Program-made: the position numbers and the translations under genes
NCBI GenBank assembly: GCA_020184695.1
Contig: JAANOX010000085.1
Location: forward strand, 408,358 to 472,357
Direction of reading: 5' to 3'
DNA from: Histomonas meleagridis 2922-C6/04-290x
Taxonomy: Eukaryota; Protista; Parabasalia
Length of the DNA: 64,000 bases
The notes under the pieces: generated by a model
Told to the model about the DNA's origin: nothing
The model's input: only the letters and a program-made list of their open reading frames with translations
Databases searched by the model: none
Shown: one piece after another, positions 33,574 to 42,883 of the stretch
Layout: the number at the start of each line of letters is the position of its first letter
Numbering within the stretch: the stretch's first letter is position 1

Positions 33574-33969
33574 ATGGAAGATGAATTCAACTTTTTAGCA
33601 TTAAACACTTTATCTAAGATAATAACAAACTTAGGGGAACTAGAAGGAAATGTTGCTAATATTGATGGCTGCTCGAAAACAATCGTGAACAACATTTATT
33701 TTGAAAGGAAAACAGAATATTATTTAGCTCGTCACAAAGTGGGAAATGACCCTAAAAGCCCACAACAGCCCACAGTTAAAGAGGCGCCTGCAGCACAAAC
33801 ACCTCCATCAAAATCTAAAACCACAACTAAAAGCATATCTACCAAGACAAAGAAAGCTTCTTCAACGCCTTCAAATCCAAAACCTACAGAAAAGAAAGTT
33901 CCACAGCCAGTTAAGCCAAACATTTTAATTGAAATTTCTGATGATCCAGAATTTCAAATAGGAATGTGA
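33574..33969 (+). CDS. Hypothetical protein with K/S/T/P-rich tail
   Basis: ORF 33466-33969; probable ATG 33574 is preceded by CCTTT (M5-like) and an ACCGTTT element. Confidence 0.55.
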   Translation: MEDEFNFLALNTLSKIITNLGELEGNVANIDGCSKTIVNNIYFERKTEYYLARHKVGNDPKSPQQPTVKEAPAAQTPPSKSKTTTKSISTKTKKASSTPSNPKPTEKKVPQPVKPNILIEISDDPEFQIGM

Positions 33970-34105
33970 TTAATTCATACGCTGTATTTTCACCATTGTG
34001 TCTTAATAAAAATATTTTTATATTTAATTTTGATTTTTGTTCCTCAAATGATGAGCAAAAATTGCAAATTAATTACAATAGTTTATTTCGTTTAACGGCC
34101 GAAAA

Positions 34106-34591
34106 ATGCGGTTACATTACAGGATGCTCTTTCTTGTATTTCTTCTAAAAAGCTCACTTTCGGATCAAATACAGGACTTCGTCAACTCAGAGGCTCCACA
34201 GCTTTTTGTGTTTAATTCACAAGAAACGCTTAAAATAAGATATTTCCAAACATCTGGGTATAGTTTAGTGATTTCATCAGATACAAATACATTAACACTT
34301 GTAGATCAAAGCCTCGATGGACGACAGAAGGATGTTAACCTAGGCCAACCTAATGATAAAGGTACGTATTATGTTTATAATCAACAAACTTTTAATGAGG
34401 ATGGACATATTCTCAATTTCAAATGCAAATTAGATAATGGTACATGTATGGTATCATTAGCAGTTGTTCAGAATGTAACAAGTCTTCCTATTCTTCGTGT
34501 ATTAGGAATTTTCTCAATTATTTTGATTTGGATTGTTATTATTACAATCGCATTCCAATTTTGCACATTCCACCACATCAAACGAGACTAA
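34106..34591 (+). CDS. Small type-I membrane protein
   Basis: Hydrophobic signal peptide and C-terminal TM helix (VLGIFSIILIWIVIITIAF). Confidence 0.65.
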   Translation: MRLHYRMLFLVFLLKSSLSDQIQDFVNSEAPQLFVFNSQETLKIRYFQTSGYSLVISSDTNTLTLVDQSLDGRQKDVNLGQPNDKGTYYVYNQQTFNEDGHILNFKCKLDNGTCMVSLAVVQNVTSLPILRVLGIFSIILIWIVIITIAFQFCTFHHIKRD

Positions 34592-34614
34592 ATAATAAAG
34601 ATTTTATTATCCTT

Positions 34615-35523
34615 TTAATGATCAAATGATATTGATAAATCAATTTTTGGTTTGCTTTCTCTGCTTAGTTTTGTCATCAAATTAATTTTGCAACTTTTGC
34701 TGATTTCAGACTTTGCACCCAAAAACAATTCTTTTTCAGAGTTAATATTTGCAAATAATTTGACATATTTTGTGTTAAACTTAGTACCAAAAGAGCTCTT
34801 AAGGCCACCTCCTAAGTTGTAGCATAATGAGCTGCAGCATTTAATGTTCTCTTGAACTTGTGATAAAATTCGAGATTTGATAGATCGATTAAAAATATCA
34901 ACACAAAAAGCAACAGCATGATTATCAAAATCAGTTGATATTCCTGCTTTCTGATGAATAACTTTTTTCTTTTTGATATATAATTCATAAAATGTTTTTG
35001 TATTTGGGGAAATATCATATTGGGCTTTTGCTTTATAAAGTTTACAGGGGATGTTTATCAAACCAAACACCGAAAATCCTTTGTAGTTCATAAATATTGA
35101 ACCTGAAAAAATTGGTAATACGAATAATTTTCCTTGGATTATTGTATCACCTATTTTTCTTTCAGTTTCAAAAAATAAGGAAACAAATTTTCCATCTTCA
35201 CTTGAAGTTTGCCCAACTACGCCAGAACATTCATATAATCTAAAGGGAAGTTCGATTGAAAAAATATCTGTTCCATATTTTAATATAGGATTAAATCCGA
35301 ATAAAACAGGGGAAACCCAAATAGATTTTGAATTGTTATCTAATGAAATTCCGATTTTTCCAATTTTTTCTTCAATTTCGAAATCAATATCATAATTCTG
35401 GAATCTTTTTGAAAAATTTACGTTTGCATTACAATGTCTTGAAGAATGAGAGACCGAAACCATATTTGTACATTCTGGTTTCAAAGTTGATTCACCAACT
35501 TTCGAAAAAATCTCTCCAAACAT
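34615..35523 (-). CDS. Putative outer-membrane beta-barrel (Tom40/VDAC-like)
   Basis: 302 aa, alternating hydrophobic/polar strands, no TM helices, C-terminal KIDLSISFDH resembling a beta-signal. Confidence 0.4.
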   Translation of the reverse strand: MFGEIFSKVGESTLKPECTNMVSVSHSSRHCNANVNFSKRFQNYDIDFEIEEKIGKIGISLDNNSKSIWVSPVLFGFNPILKYGTDIFSIELPFRLYECSGVVGQTSSEDGKFVSLFFETERKIGDTIIQGKLFVLPIFSGSIFMNYKGFSVFGLINIPCKLYKAKAQYDISPNTKTFYELYIKKKKVIHQKAGISTDFDNHAVAFCVDIFNRSIKSRILSQVQENIKCCSSLCYNLGGGLKSSFGTKFNTKYVKLFANINSEKELFLGAKSEISKSCKINLMTKLSRESKPKIDLSISFDH

Positions 35524-35673
35524 TGGATTTCACTATCTTTGTCAGAACGTTCTTCCACGTCAGAAACGTTTAAACATTTTGAGTTCACTTCTTCTAAAAC
35601 ATTTGCAAAAATTCATCCAAAACAAAAATTATTCTTTTAAATTCCAAATTGTGAAAGAAAGTGATTTATTCAC

Positions 35674-36786
35674 TCATTGGGATCCAGCGTTGATCATTTC
35701 CATGAGTTTTTTATCTGCTTTCCAAGCAGCGATCAATTCTTTAAATGCGTCAATTCTCCTTACGGAAATTCTTAAGTGATCTGGTTTCCCGAATGACTCG
35801 CAATTACGAACTGGCATTCCATTGTCAAATGACACTTTTTCTGCCACTTTTGCGCATTCGCTTGATGGCATTTTGAGGTAAACATATGGAACCCAAAGCG
35901 GCGATTTCTCGTTGGGCTCAAGCTTCATTTCCTTGAGGATTTTGATCATTTCTGCCTTAATGATTGGAGTTTCTCGCCACATTTCTTCAAAGTAATCCTT
36001 TTCGTGTAATGCTGCTACAAAGAAATTTTGTGCAAATCCATTAACACTCCATGGCGCTTGTAATTTGGCAATACGAGCAATCATGGCCTTGGATGAGATT
36101 ACAGAGCCAAGACGAATTAATGGACATGCAAATGGTTTGGTCCATGAGATTATGACAACAACTCGATCTCCAAACTCTTTGACAAGATTAATTGCTGAGG
36201 ATTGAAGCCAATCTCTACCTTTGTTAATAAGGAAAGATTCATCAATGATAAATGTTGAATTTGGTTCTTTTGAAATAATTTCGCGGAGTTCGCTGAGTTC
36301 AAGATAATTACCTGTGGGTGTGTTAGGGTTGATGATGATTGTGAGAGCTGATGGTTCATTAAAGCTTGAGACTTTAACAAGGCCGGAGCTTTCTGCAGCT
36401 CGAGCATATTCATGATATTGACAATCCCATGGCCCTTCTTTGTATGTTGTCGTTGGTGGGAATACGCGGAAAAGAACGTCTATGAGTTCACTTGAGCCAT
36501 TGCCCATAAGTATTTGCATTGGATCAATGCCTAAAAAATCGGCTAAATGACAACGTGGAACCCATGCATCTTGATCTGGATAGTGCTCAAGATCAACAAT
36601 TGCTTTTTTAGCTGCTTCTACAGCAGTTTTTGGTGGTCCGCTGATATTTGTTGATACAGAGAAATCATATTTGAAATTTGGGCACTCGTAGTATGATTGA
36701 CCTCCATGAAAACACTCAACTGCTGGCTTTACATAGTGGAGGCGTGGGTCTGAATCTGCAGACATTTTTTGTGTGGCCAAATCCAA
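35674..36786 (-). CDS. PLP-dependent class I/II aminotransferase (HisC/CobD-like)
   Basis: HGG, DFSVSTN..GPP, YPD, GNGSSELI, NPNTPTG, IDESF, SWTK (PLP lysine) and LIRLG motifs. Confidence 0.85.
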   Translation of the reverse strand: MDLATQKMSADSDPRLHYVKPAVECFHGGQSYYECPNFKYDFSVSTNISGPPKTAVEAAKKAIVDLEHYPDQDAWVPRCHLADFLGIDPMQILMGNGSSELIDVLFRVFPPTTTYKEGPWDCQYHEYARAAESSGLVKVSSFNEPSALTIIINPNTPTGNYLELSELREIISKEPNSTFIIDESFLINKGRDWLQSSAINLVKEFGDRVVVIISWTKPFACPLIRLGSVISSKAMIARIAKLQAPWSVNGFAQNFFVAALHEKDYFEEMWRETPIIKAEMIKILKEMKLEPNEKSPLWVPYVYLKMPSSECAKVAEKVSFDNGMPVRNCESFGKPDHLRISVRRIDAFKELIAAWKADKKLMEMINAGSQ

Positions 36787-37218
36787 TCAAAAATTCACTA
36801 ATGTACGATCAAAACATTAAGAAAAATTGTTTCATGAAAAATGTTCTTAGAACTTAATTTTAAAAATAATTATAATCATTAATAAACAAACTTATATGAT
36901 TCAATGAATAGAGATAAATTTGACTGTATCTTAAGAATTTACAGTTTTCTTTTATTTGATGAATACATTTTATTTGTTTTCGAGATTATTCACATTGAAT
37001 GAAATAAATTACTACTAATTTTGATGAAATTCACACTATGCATTCTAAGCTTATAAATAACCATATCAAGAAACTCAGCAGAAAATTATTTATATGAGAA
37101 CGTTAGAAACTCATCGTTTAGATTCCTCTCAAATTTTTATCGGTTTTCTAATAATTTTTCTCAAAATAAGGGGCACCCCGTCAAAACGTCTTCAACCAAA
37201 AGAGCAAAAAAGCTCCAA

Positions 37219-39753
37219 ATGGAAATAAATCTTGAATACCTAGAAAATCTAATACGATCTTATACGTTATGTGTAAATGATGATCAAAGGAAAATGTGTG
37301 AAGAAGAATTGGAAAAAATTGAAAATGATCCAAATTTTCTTAACATTTATATTAATATCTTTACAAACTCAAAAAATATCACATTGCTCAAATTTTTTAT
37401 TGTTCGCATTCAACCAAAACTTCAATTTTTAACTCCAGAAGCAATAAGTCAATTATATAAAATCACGCTCGATCAAATAAAAAATGGCATTTACACACGT
37501 AAAGAATATGGTGTCATTTTTCATTTTTTAACTATGCTTATGTCTTATAACTGTGATCTTATCCCTTTAACCATGCAAAACCTAAATTTTTTCACTGATC
37601 TAGAACAGCTTCTTACTCTAATGTATTTCTTCTATGCCATGACCATGTATGTATACATCTCAAATGTTGATATCTTAAGTAAATTAAATGATATTATCCG
37701 AACATATTCACAAGACCCCAATTTCCAAAAGTACATTTACACGCTTCTTATAAATGCCCCACTTTGTCCTACTTGGTACAAACTTCTTACGAGATTTTTT
37801 CTGTCAATCGATCCATTAATCAGTGCAGGTCCATCTTTTTTCCCTAAAATCAAAGAAGGCTTTTCTCAACCTGAGCTTCGATCTGATATTGTTGATTTTT
37901 ATGAAGAAATTTCATCAATTCAAATTCAAGATGAAGATATCATATTTATGCAAAACTTAATTTTTTTGATGGTATCATTTGCAGATCAACTTTTGATTGA
38001 AAATAAAGATGATTTTGGAAGTGTACAGATGTCTTCTTATATATATCATCTTACCATTGATATCACATTTGAATTTTATGGGATGGAAGCGAACAAAGAA
38101 TTTTCGCAAAAGCTATTCGAACATATATATCAATATATGCTTCTCTTAATACAAGTTTCTGTTGAAGAATTCTTTTCTGTTTATGATATATTATGTAAAT
38201 GTATTGCGTATGAACCTCAAGCGTACGAAATCAAACAATTCTCTGAAATGAAACAATATATAATGCAATTTTTATCATTTACGTTAACTATCATCAATTC
38301 GAACATAACATCAAATGAATTCATCAAAGAATTATTACAAAAATTCCAAAGCATTAATGAAAGTGGTGAAGATGCAGTGTTGTTCGAATTCATTTGTTTA
38401 CAAGCAGACCAAAATTTAACGCCTGGTTTATACATATTATTATCTGAATCATCAGTTCGAATAAGGAAAACTTTATCAACTTCATTTGCTTTAAAGATCG
38501 ATTTAAATTTCCCACCAATACCTGTGTTACATTTCATTAAAAATTGTTGTGAATTCGTACATGATCATCAAGCTAAAAATTTATTGGATTATACGTTTTA
38601 TTGCATTGGTAAAATTCCTTTCGAAAATATCGGAGATGCTTTATGTTCACTTTCCAAATTTTATTCCGATTTATTTTTGGTTGAGCCACAAAAATATTAT
38701 CAGCCTTTATTAAGTCTTTTAACTCAAGCAAATGGAGATCTTAAAACGATTCAACAACTTTTAATTACGTTATTATTCACAACACAAAAACTGAAAAATT
38801 TGGACGAGGCAACCGCAATTTTAACAGAATTCGGGAAAATTTTATCACAAATAATTGTGGGGTTTTCTTTGGACGATATGAATTCGTTAACTTTGTTTTG
38901 TTATGATTTTATTTCACCGATAATTGAAAACACAAAATATTTAAATCCTTTAACGAAACCATTAATGCAAAGCTTTTATAACAACATGTTCGAAATCTTA
39001 TTCCAAAAGATTCAACAATTTTTACCAGCTGATGATTCTCAAATCATTGATATGATTTCTGACGTTTTCATTTTGTCTATTCAAAGCGAATGGATCAAAG
39101 ACAACAAAATTTTATTTGATATCATAATGCAAAACATTAATATTAATATCGAATCATTATCAGAAATCCAAATTTATTGCGATAACCCGTTCGAAAATCC
39201 ATATTTTAAAGTCCTAATCGAACTTCCCGAGCTATTTCCGAACGAGAAACTTACTGCGATATTTTCACAAATGAATCCTGAACTAATACAAAAATATATT
39301 TTACCTGGTTTTTCGAAACCAATTAAATATTGTTACATATTAACTGAAATGTTTATAATTCCACCGAATGAAATCAATAAAGTTTTGCAAAGTGCGTTAA
39401 AAGAATTCGAAAATTGTTTGGAATATAAAATAAAAGATTTCGAAAATATTTTGTTGCAATCATTTTTGGTGTTCGCAAAAAGAACAGAGACATTTAATCA
39501 GACATGTCTATTGATCATACAGACAATAACACAATACTTGTACGCTCAGACTGGGCAGCAACTGGATGAAAAAGCAGTGGAAATGTTTCGAAATGATTTC
39601 TTCAAAGAGTTGACACAAAACGATAATTTGCAGCCGTTAAGGCAATCGTTCAAACAATTGATGATGACAGTTTCCGTTTTGACGGAATATAGCAGCAACG
39701 CGACAATCAGTTCGGAACAGGTTTTTCATGTCTTGCACCCCAATTCAGGTTAG
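37219..39753 (+). CDS. Alpha-solenoid protein, possibly karyopherin-beta-like
   Basis: 844-aa helical ORF; the N-terminus (QRKMCEEELEKIENDPNFL) resembles an importin-beta N-terminal domain. Confidence 0.45.
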   Translation: MEINLEYLENLIRSYTLCVNDDQRKMCEEELEKIENDPNFLNIYINIFTNSKNITLLKFFIVRIQPKLQFLTPEAISQLYKITLDQIKNGIYTRKEYGVIFHFLTMLMSYNCDLIPLTMQNLNFFTDLEQLLTLMYFFYAMTMYVYISNVDILSKLNDIIRTYSQDPNFQKYIYTLLINAPLCPTWYKLLTRFFLSIDPLISAGPSFFPKIKEGFSQPELRSDIVDFYEEISSIQIQDEDIIFMQNLIFLMVSFADQLLIENKDDFGSVQMSSYIYHLTIDITFEFYGMEANKEFSQKLFEHIYQYMLLLIQVSVEEFFSVYDILCKCIAYEPQAYEIKQFSEMKQYIMQFLSFTLTIINSNITSNEFIKELLQKFQSINESGEDAVLFEFICLQADQNLTPGLYILLSESSVRIRKTLSTSFALKIDLNFPPIPVLHFIKNCCEFVHDHQAKNLLDYTFYCIGKIPFENIGDALCSLSKFYSDLFLVEPQKYYQPLLSLLTQANGDLKTIQQLLITLLFTTQKLKNLDEATAILTEFGKILSQIIVGFSLDDMNSLTLFCYDFISPIIENTKYLNPLTKPLMQSFYNNMFEILFQKIQQFLPADDSQIIDMISDVFILSIQSEWIKDNKILFDIIMQNININIESLSEIQIYCDNPFENPYFKVLIELPELFPNEKLTAIFSQMNPELIQKYILPGFSKPIKYCYILTEMFIIPPNEINKVLQSALKEFENCLEYKIKDFENILLQSFLVFAKRTETFNQTCLLIIQTITQYLYAQTGQQLDEKAVEMFRNDFFKELTQNDNLQPLRQSFKQLMMTVSVLTEYSSNATISSEQVFHVLHPNSG

Positions 39754-39925
39754 GGATTTAGGACCATAAATTCAATTGTTTATTTAAGTAAATTAGTGAA
39801 TATTTGAATTATGAAAATGTATCGTGTCATTGAATTTGTTTATAAACAAATCGTGTCTGAAATGATTCGTTTCTGTTTATAATTTCGGAATTAGTGAGAA
39901 GGACGTTTATTCTCGACTTAATTTC

Positions 39926-40564
39926 TCTGCGAATACATTTTCACAATCGAATACATTCACAAGATCAAATTCATTTACAAGTTCAAACGCATTTATGGAT
40001 TCTAATACATTTACGCGATCAAATACATTTTCAAATTCTTTTCCATTTGGTTTAATATTAACAAATTAAATTATTTTTTATAGCACATATTCAATTACAG
40101 AAACAATTATTCAGAAAGCATTTTATTTAAGTACTTTTTCATTTTATATGATTGATTCAAAGGCAACTTACATTTATACCAACATTATTCATTATAAATA
40201 TACTGTTATATACTATTCTACAATTCATAATTTTTATTCGAATTTCTTTACATTAATTAATCCATTAAAAGTACAAAATAACGAAAATAAGAATACAAAT
40301 ACAATAATTGTTATCGTAGTTTGTATTTTAATTTTGATCGTAATTGTCATTATTTATTTAATTAGCCGCAATAAAAATAATAAAATGATTAGTTCAGGAG
40401 ATGAATGTGAATACGAAAACAAAGAGTCAAAACAATATGAAGAAGGAAATTCAATAAACGATTTTGAGTCTGCGTTTAGTACAAACTATGTCGAAGATGA
40501 TCCATTTGCAAAGGATTTTAAAGAAGAAACATTTATAAAAGTCAAAATTTTTGATAATGATTGA
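39926..40564 (+). pseudogene. Detached C-terminal part of a BspA-like surface protein
   Basis: SNTFT repeats, in-frame TAA at 40067, aromatic S/T-rich segment, TM helix and EDDPFAKDFKEE tail; no LRR domain upstream. Confidence 0.65.
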
Positions 40565-40730
40565 TCATTAATAGCCTATAAAATATGATTTAATGTTAAA
40601 AAAATGAGCTCCAGTTTCCGTTTTTTTATAAGTTTATTAATTAATCTTTCGTGTTAATAAAATTCAATCATATGACGAAGAGACAAAAACACTCACAATA
40701 TCTGATTCCATTGATTATAAAAATGATTAT

Positions 40731-42203
40731 ATGAATGTTACAGAACGTGTTATAATTATTAATGTTGGGGAGCTTGAAAGTGATGCATTCAGAGAATGGC
40801 CTTTATTAACAACAGTAATAATTGGAGAAACAGTTGGAAATATAAATAGTGGAGCATTTGCATCATGTAAACAATTAGAATATGTCCAATTTCCAGATAA
40901 ATTAATGAGTGGAATTGGAGGAAGTGCATTTGCAGAATGTATTTCATTAAATAACATTACAATCCGTTGTAATAGCATTAGTGGTAATGCATTTTATAAA
41001 TGTACAGGACTTGAAACAATAACATTATATGAAGGCGTCCGAAATATTGGATCTGATGCATTCAGAGGATGTACGAACCTTGTGAATATTTATATACCAA
41101 GTTCTGTTACTTCAATTGGGAATGCATTTTTAGAATGTACGAAACTTCAATGTATTAATGTTTCAGAAGAAAACATTGGATATTCGAATTATGCAAATGA
41201 TAGCGTTTTATATAATAAAGAAATTACACAAATTATTAGTTATCCAAATATGAAAAGTAAAACATTTACAATTCCTAATTCAGTCATTGCTATTATGAAT
41301 TATTCTTTTGCTTATTGTAATAATTTAGAAAGAATTTTTATTGATGAAAATGTTGAATATATTAATTCATGTGCATTTGTTAATTGTACATCACTTCAAT
41401 GTATTCATTTTAATGGAGAAATTTCACCAGAAATCCAAAATGATGCATTTGTTAATATCAATGCGACAAGAGTTATGACAATAGAAACATATCAAAATAA
41501 AACATTTGGAAATATGAATATTACTAAGGGAACAACACTTGACGAATGTTTCCCGCCAACACGCACATTCACTAACTCAAATACATATACAAAATTAAAT
41601 ACATTTACAATTAGTAATACATTTATCAAATCAAACACATTTACAAAATCAAAAAATAATTTTGATTCAAATACTTATGTTGATACATTTTCGATGAATT
41701 TTACTTTCGTTAACACTTATACTTTAACTTATTCTTTATCGTTTATAAAAACTTTATCAATTTATTATTATACGTTCATAAAATCTTATTCAGTTACTTT
41801 CATTGAATCCGAAACTAAATATATTTATAGCGATTTCATATATTATAATTATACAATTATATATTATCCAGAATATTTTACTTATTATTCTAATTTCTTT
41901 TATATTTCTTATATCGAAGATGTAATAATAAACACTAATGATAATAATACATTAATTATCATTATAATTGTTATTGTAATTGTAATAATTATTGTATTTA
42001 TAATGATAATCATAATATTTATGATTAAATATCAAAATAAGAAGCGGAAACAAAATGAAGAAGAAATGAATATTTCAGATGAAAATAATAATAAAATTAA
42101 TGAAATCGATAATACATTTTCAGTTGGTATTAATAATTCAAATATTGAAGAAGATCCATTTGCAGACGATTTCAAAGAAGAAAAATTTATCAGTCAGATA
42201 TAA
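40731..42203 (+). CDS. BspA-like leucine-rich-repeat (LRR_5) surface protein
   Basis: Repeated IGxxAFxxCxxL / IPSSVTSIG units, S/T repeat stalk, TM helix and acidic tail with EEDPFADDF; a possible frameshifted signal-peptide start at 40604. Confidence 0.85.
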   Translation: MNVTERVIIINVGELESDAFREWPLLTTVIIGETVGNINSGAFASCKQLEYVQFPDKLMSGIGGSAFAECISLNNITIRCNSISGNAFYKCTGLETITLYEGVRNIGSDAFRGCTNLVNIYIPSSVTSIGNAFLECTKLQCINVSEENIGYSNYANDSVLYNKEITQIISYPNMKSKTFTIPNSVIAIMNYSFAYCNNLERIFIDENVEYINSCAFVNCTSLQCIHFNGEISPEIQNDAFVNINATRVMTIETYQNKTFGNMNITKGTTLDECFPPTRTFTNSNTYTKLNTFTISNTFIKSNTFTKSKNNFDSNTYVDTFSMNFTFVNTYTLTYSLSFIKTLSIYYYTFIKSYSVTFIESETKYIYSDFIYYNYTIIYYPEYFTYYSNFFYISYIEDVIINTNDNNTLIIIIIVIVIVIIIVFIMIIIIFMIKYQNKKRKQNEEEMNISDENNNKINEIDNTFSVGINNSNIEEDPFADDFKEEKFISQI

Positions 42204-42883
42204 ATAAACATATTTTAATAACAAAATATTTTAATTTGTTTATTAATTTAATAAATACGAACATTTTTGTTATTTGGCAAATTTTATGTTTCTTCTATTA
42301 TATGACTGTTATAGTAAATCCAATTTATCCAAATCATAACCACTAAAAGTAAATGATAAATTATATGAAAGAAAAAATTGGAAATTTAGAGATATTATGG
42401 TAAAAGTGCATTTTTTTTTTTCAAAAATCAAAATAAAGATATTTCATTATCAAATAAGTGTTCGTCTTGAGTAGTTTTGCTTTTATCATTGATAACTTAA
42501 GTTTGAACAAAAAGTAAATTATTATGAAAATAACTAATATATCGTTAATTCTTTGCATATAATTAACGCATTTTTTAACAAAAAAGTGGCGTTTGCGAAG
42601 GTAAAACCTTTTATCAAAAATATCAAATCACTGATATATCAGTGCATGATACAAAGTACACAGTAGAACCAAACACGAGAGAACATGTTATTTAAATATG
42701 AAACAAAGTAATGTAATTCAATTGACTTCAATTTTTACTTAATTGTTTTTACATCAATGACATTTTTACGATAGAGATACAATGGTTTCACTGAATTTCC
42801 TTTGCTGTTCACAGATAAACTTCCAATCATGCCTGTCTTTTATTCAAGAAGTTGACAAAGTTTTCTCATGGGTTCGGTTACTC

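Noticed and set aside
40050-40083. 34-nt GT...AG candidate intron covering the TAA at 40067
   Set aside because: The flanks are already in the same frame, so removing 34 nt would shift it; a nonsense mutation is simpler.
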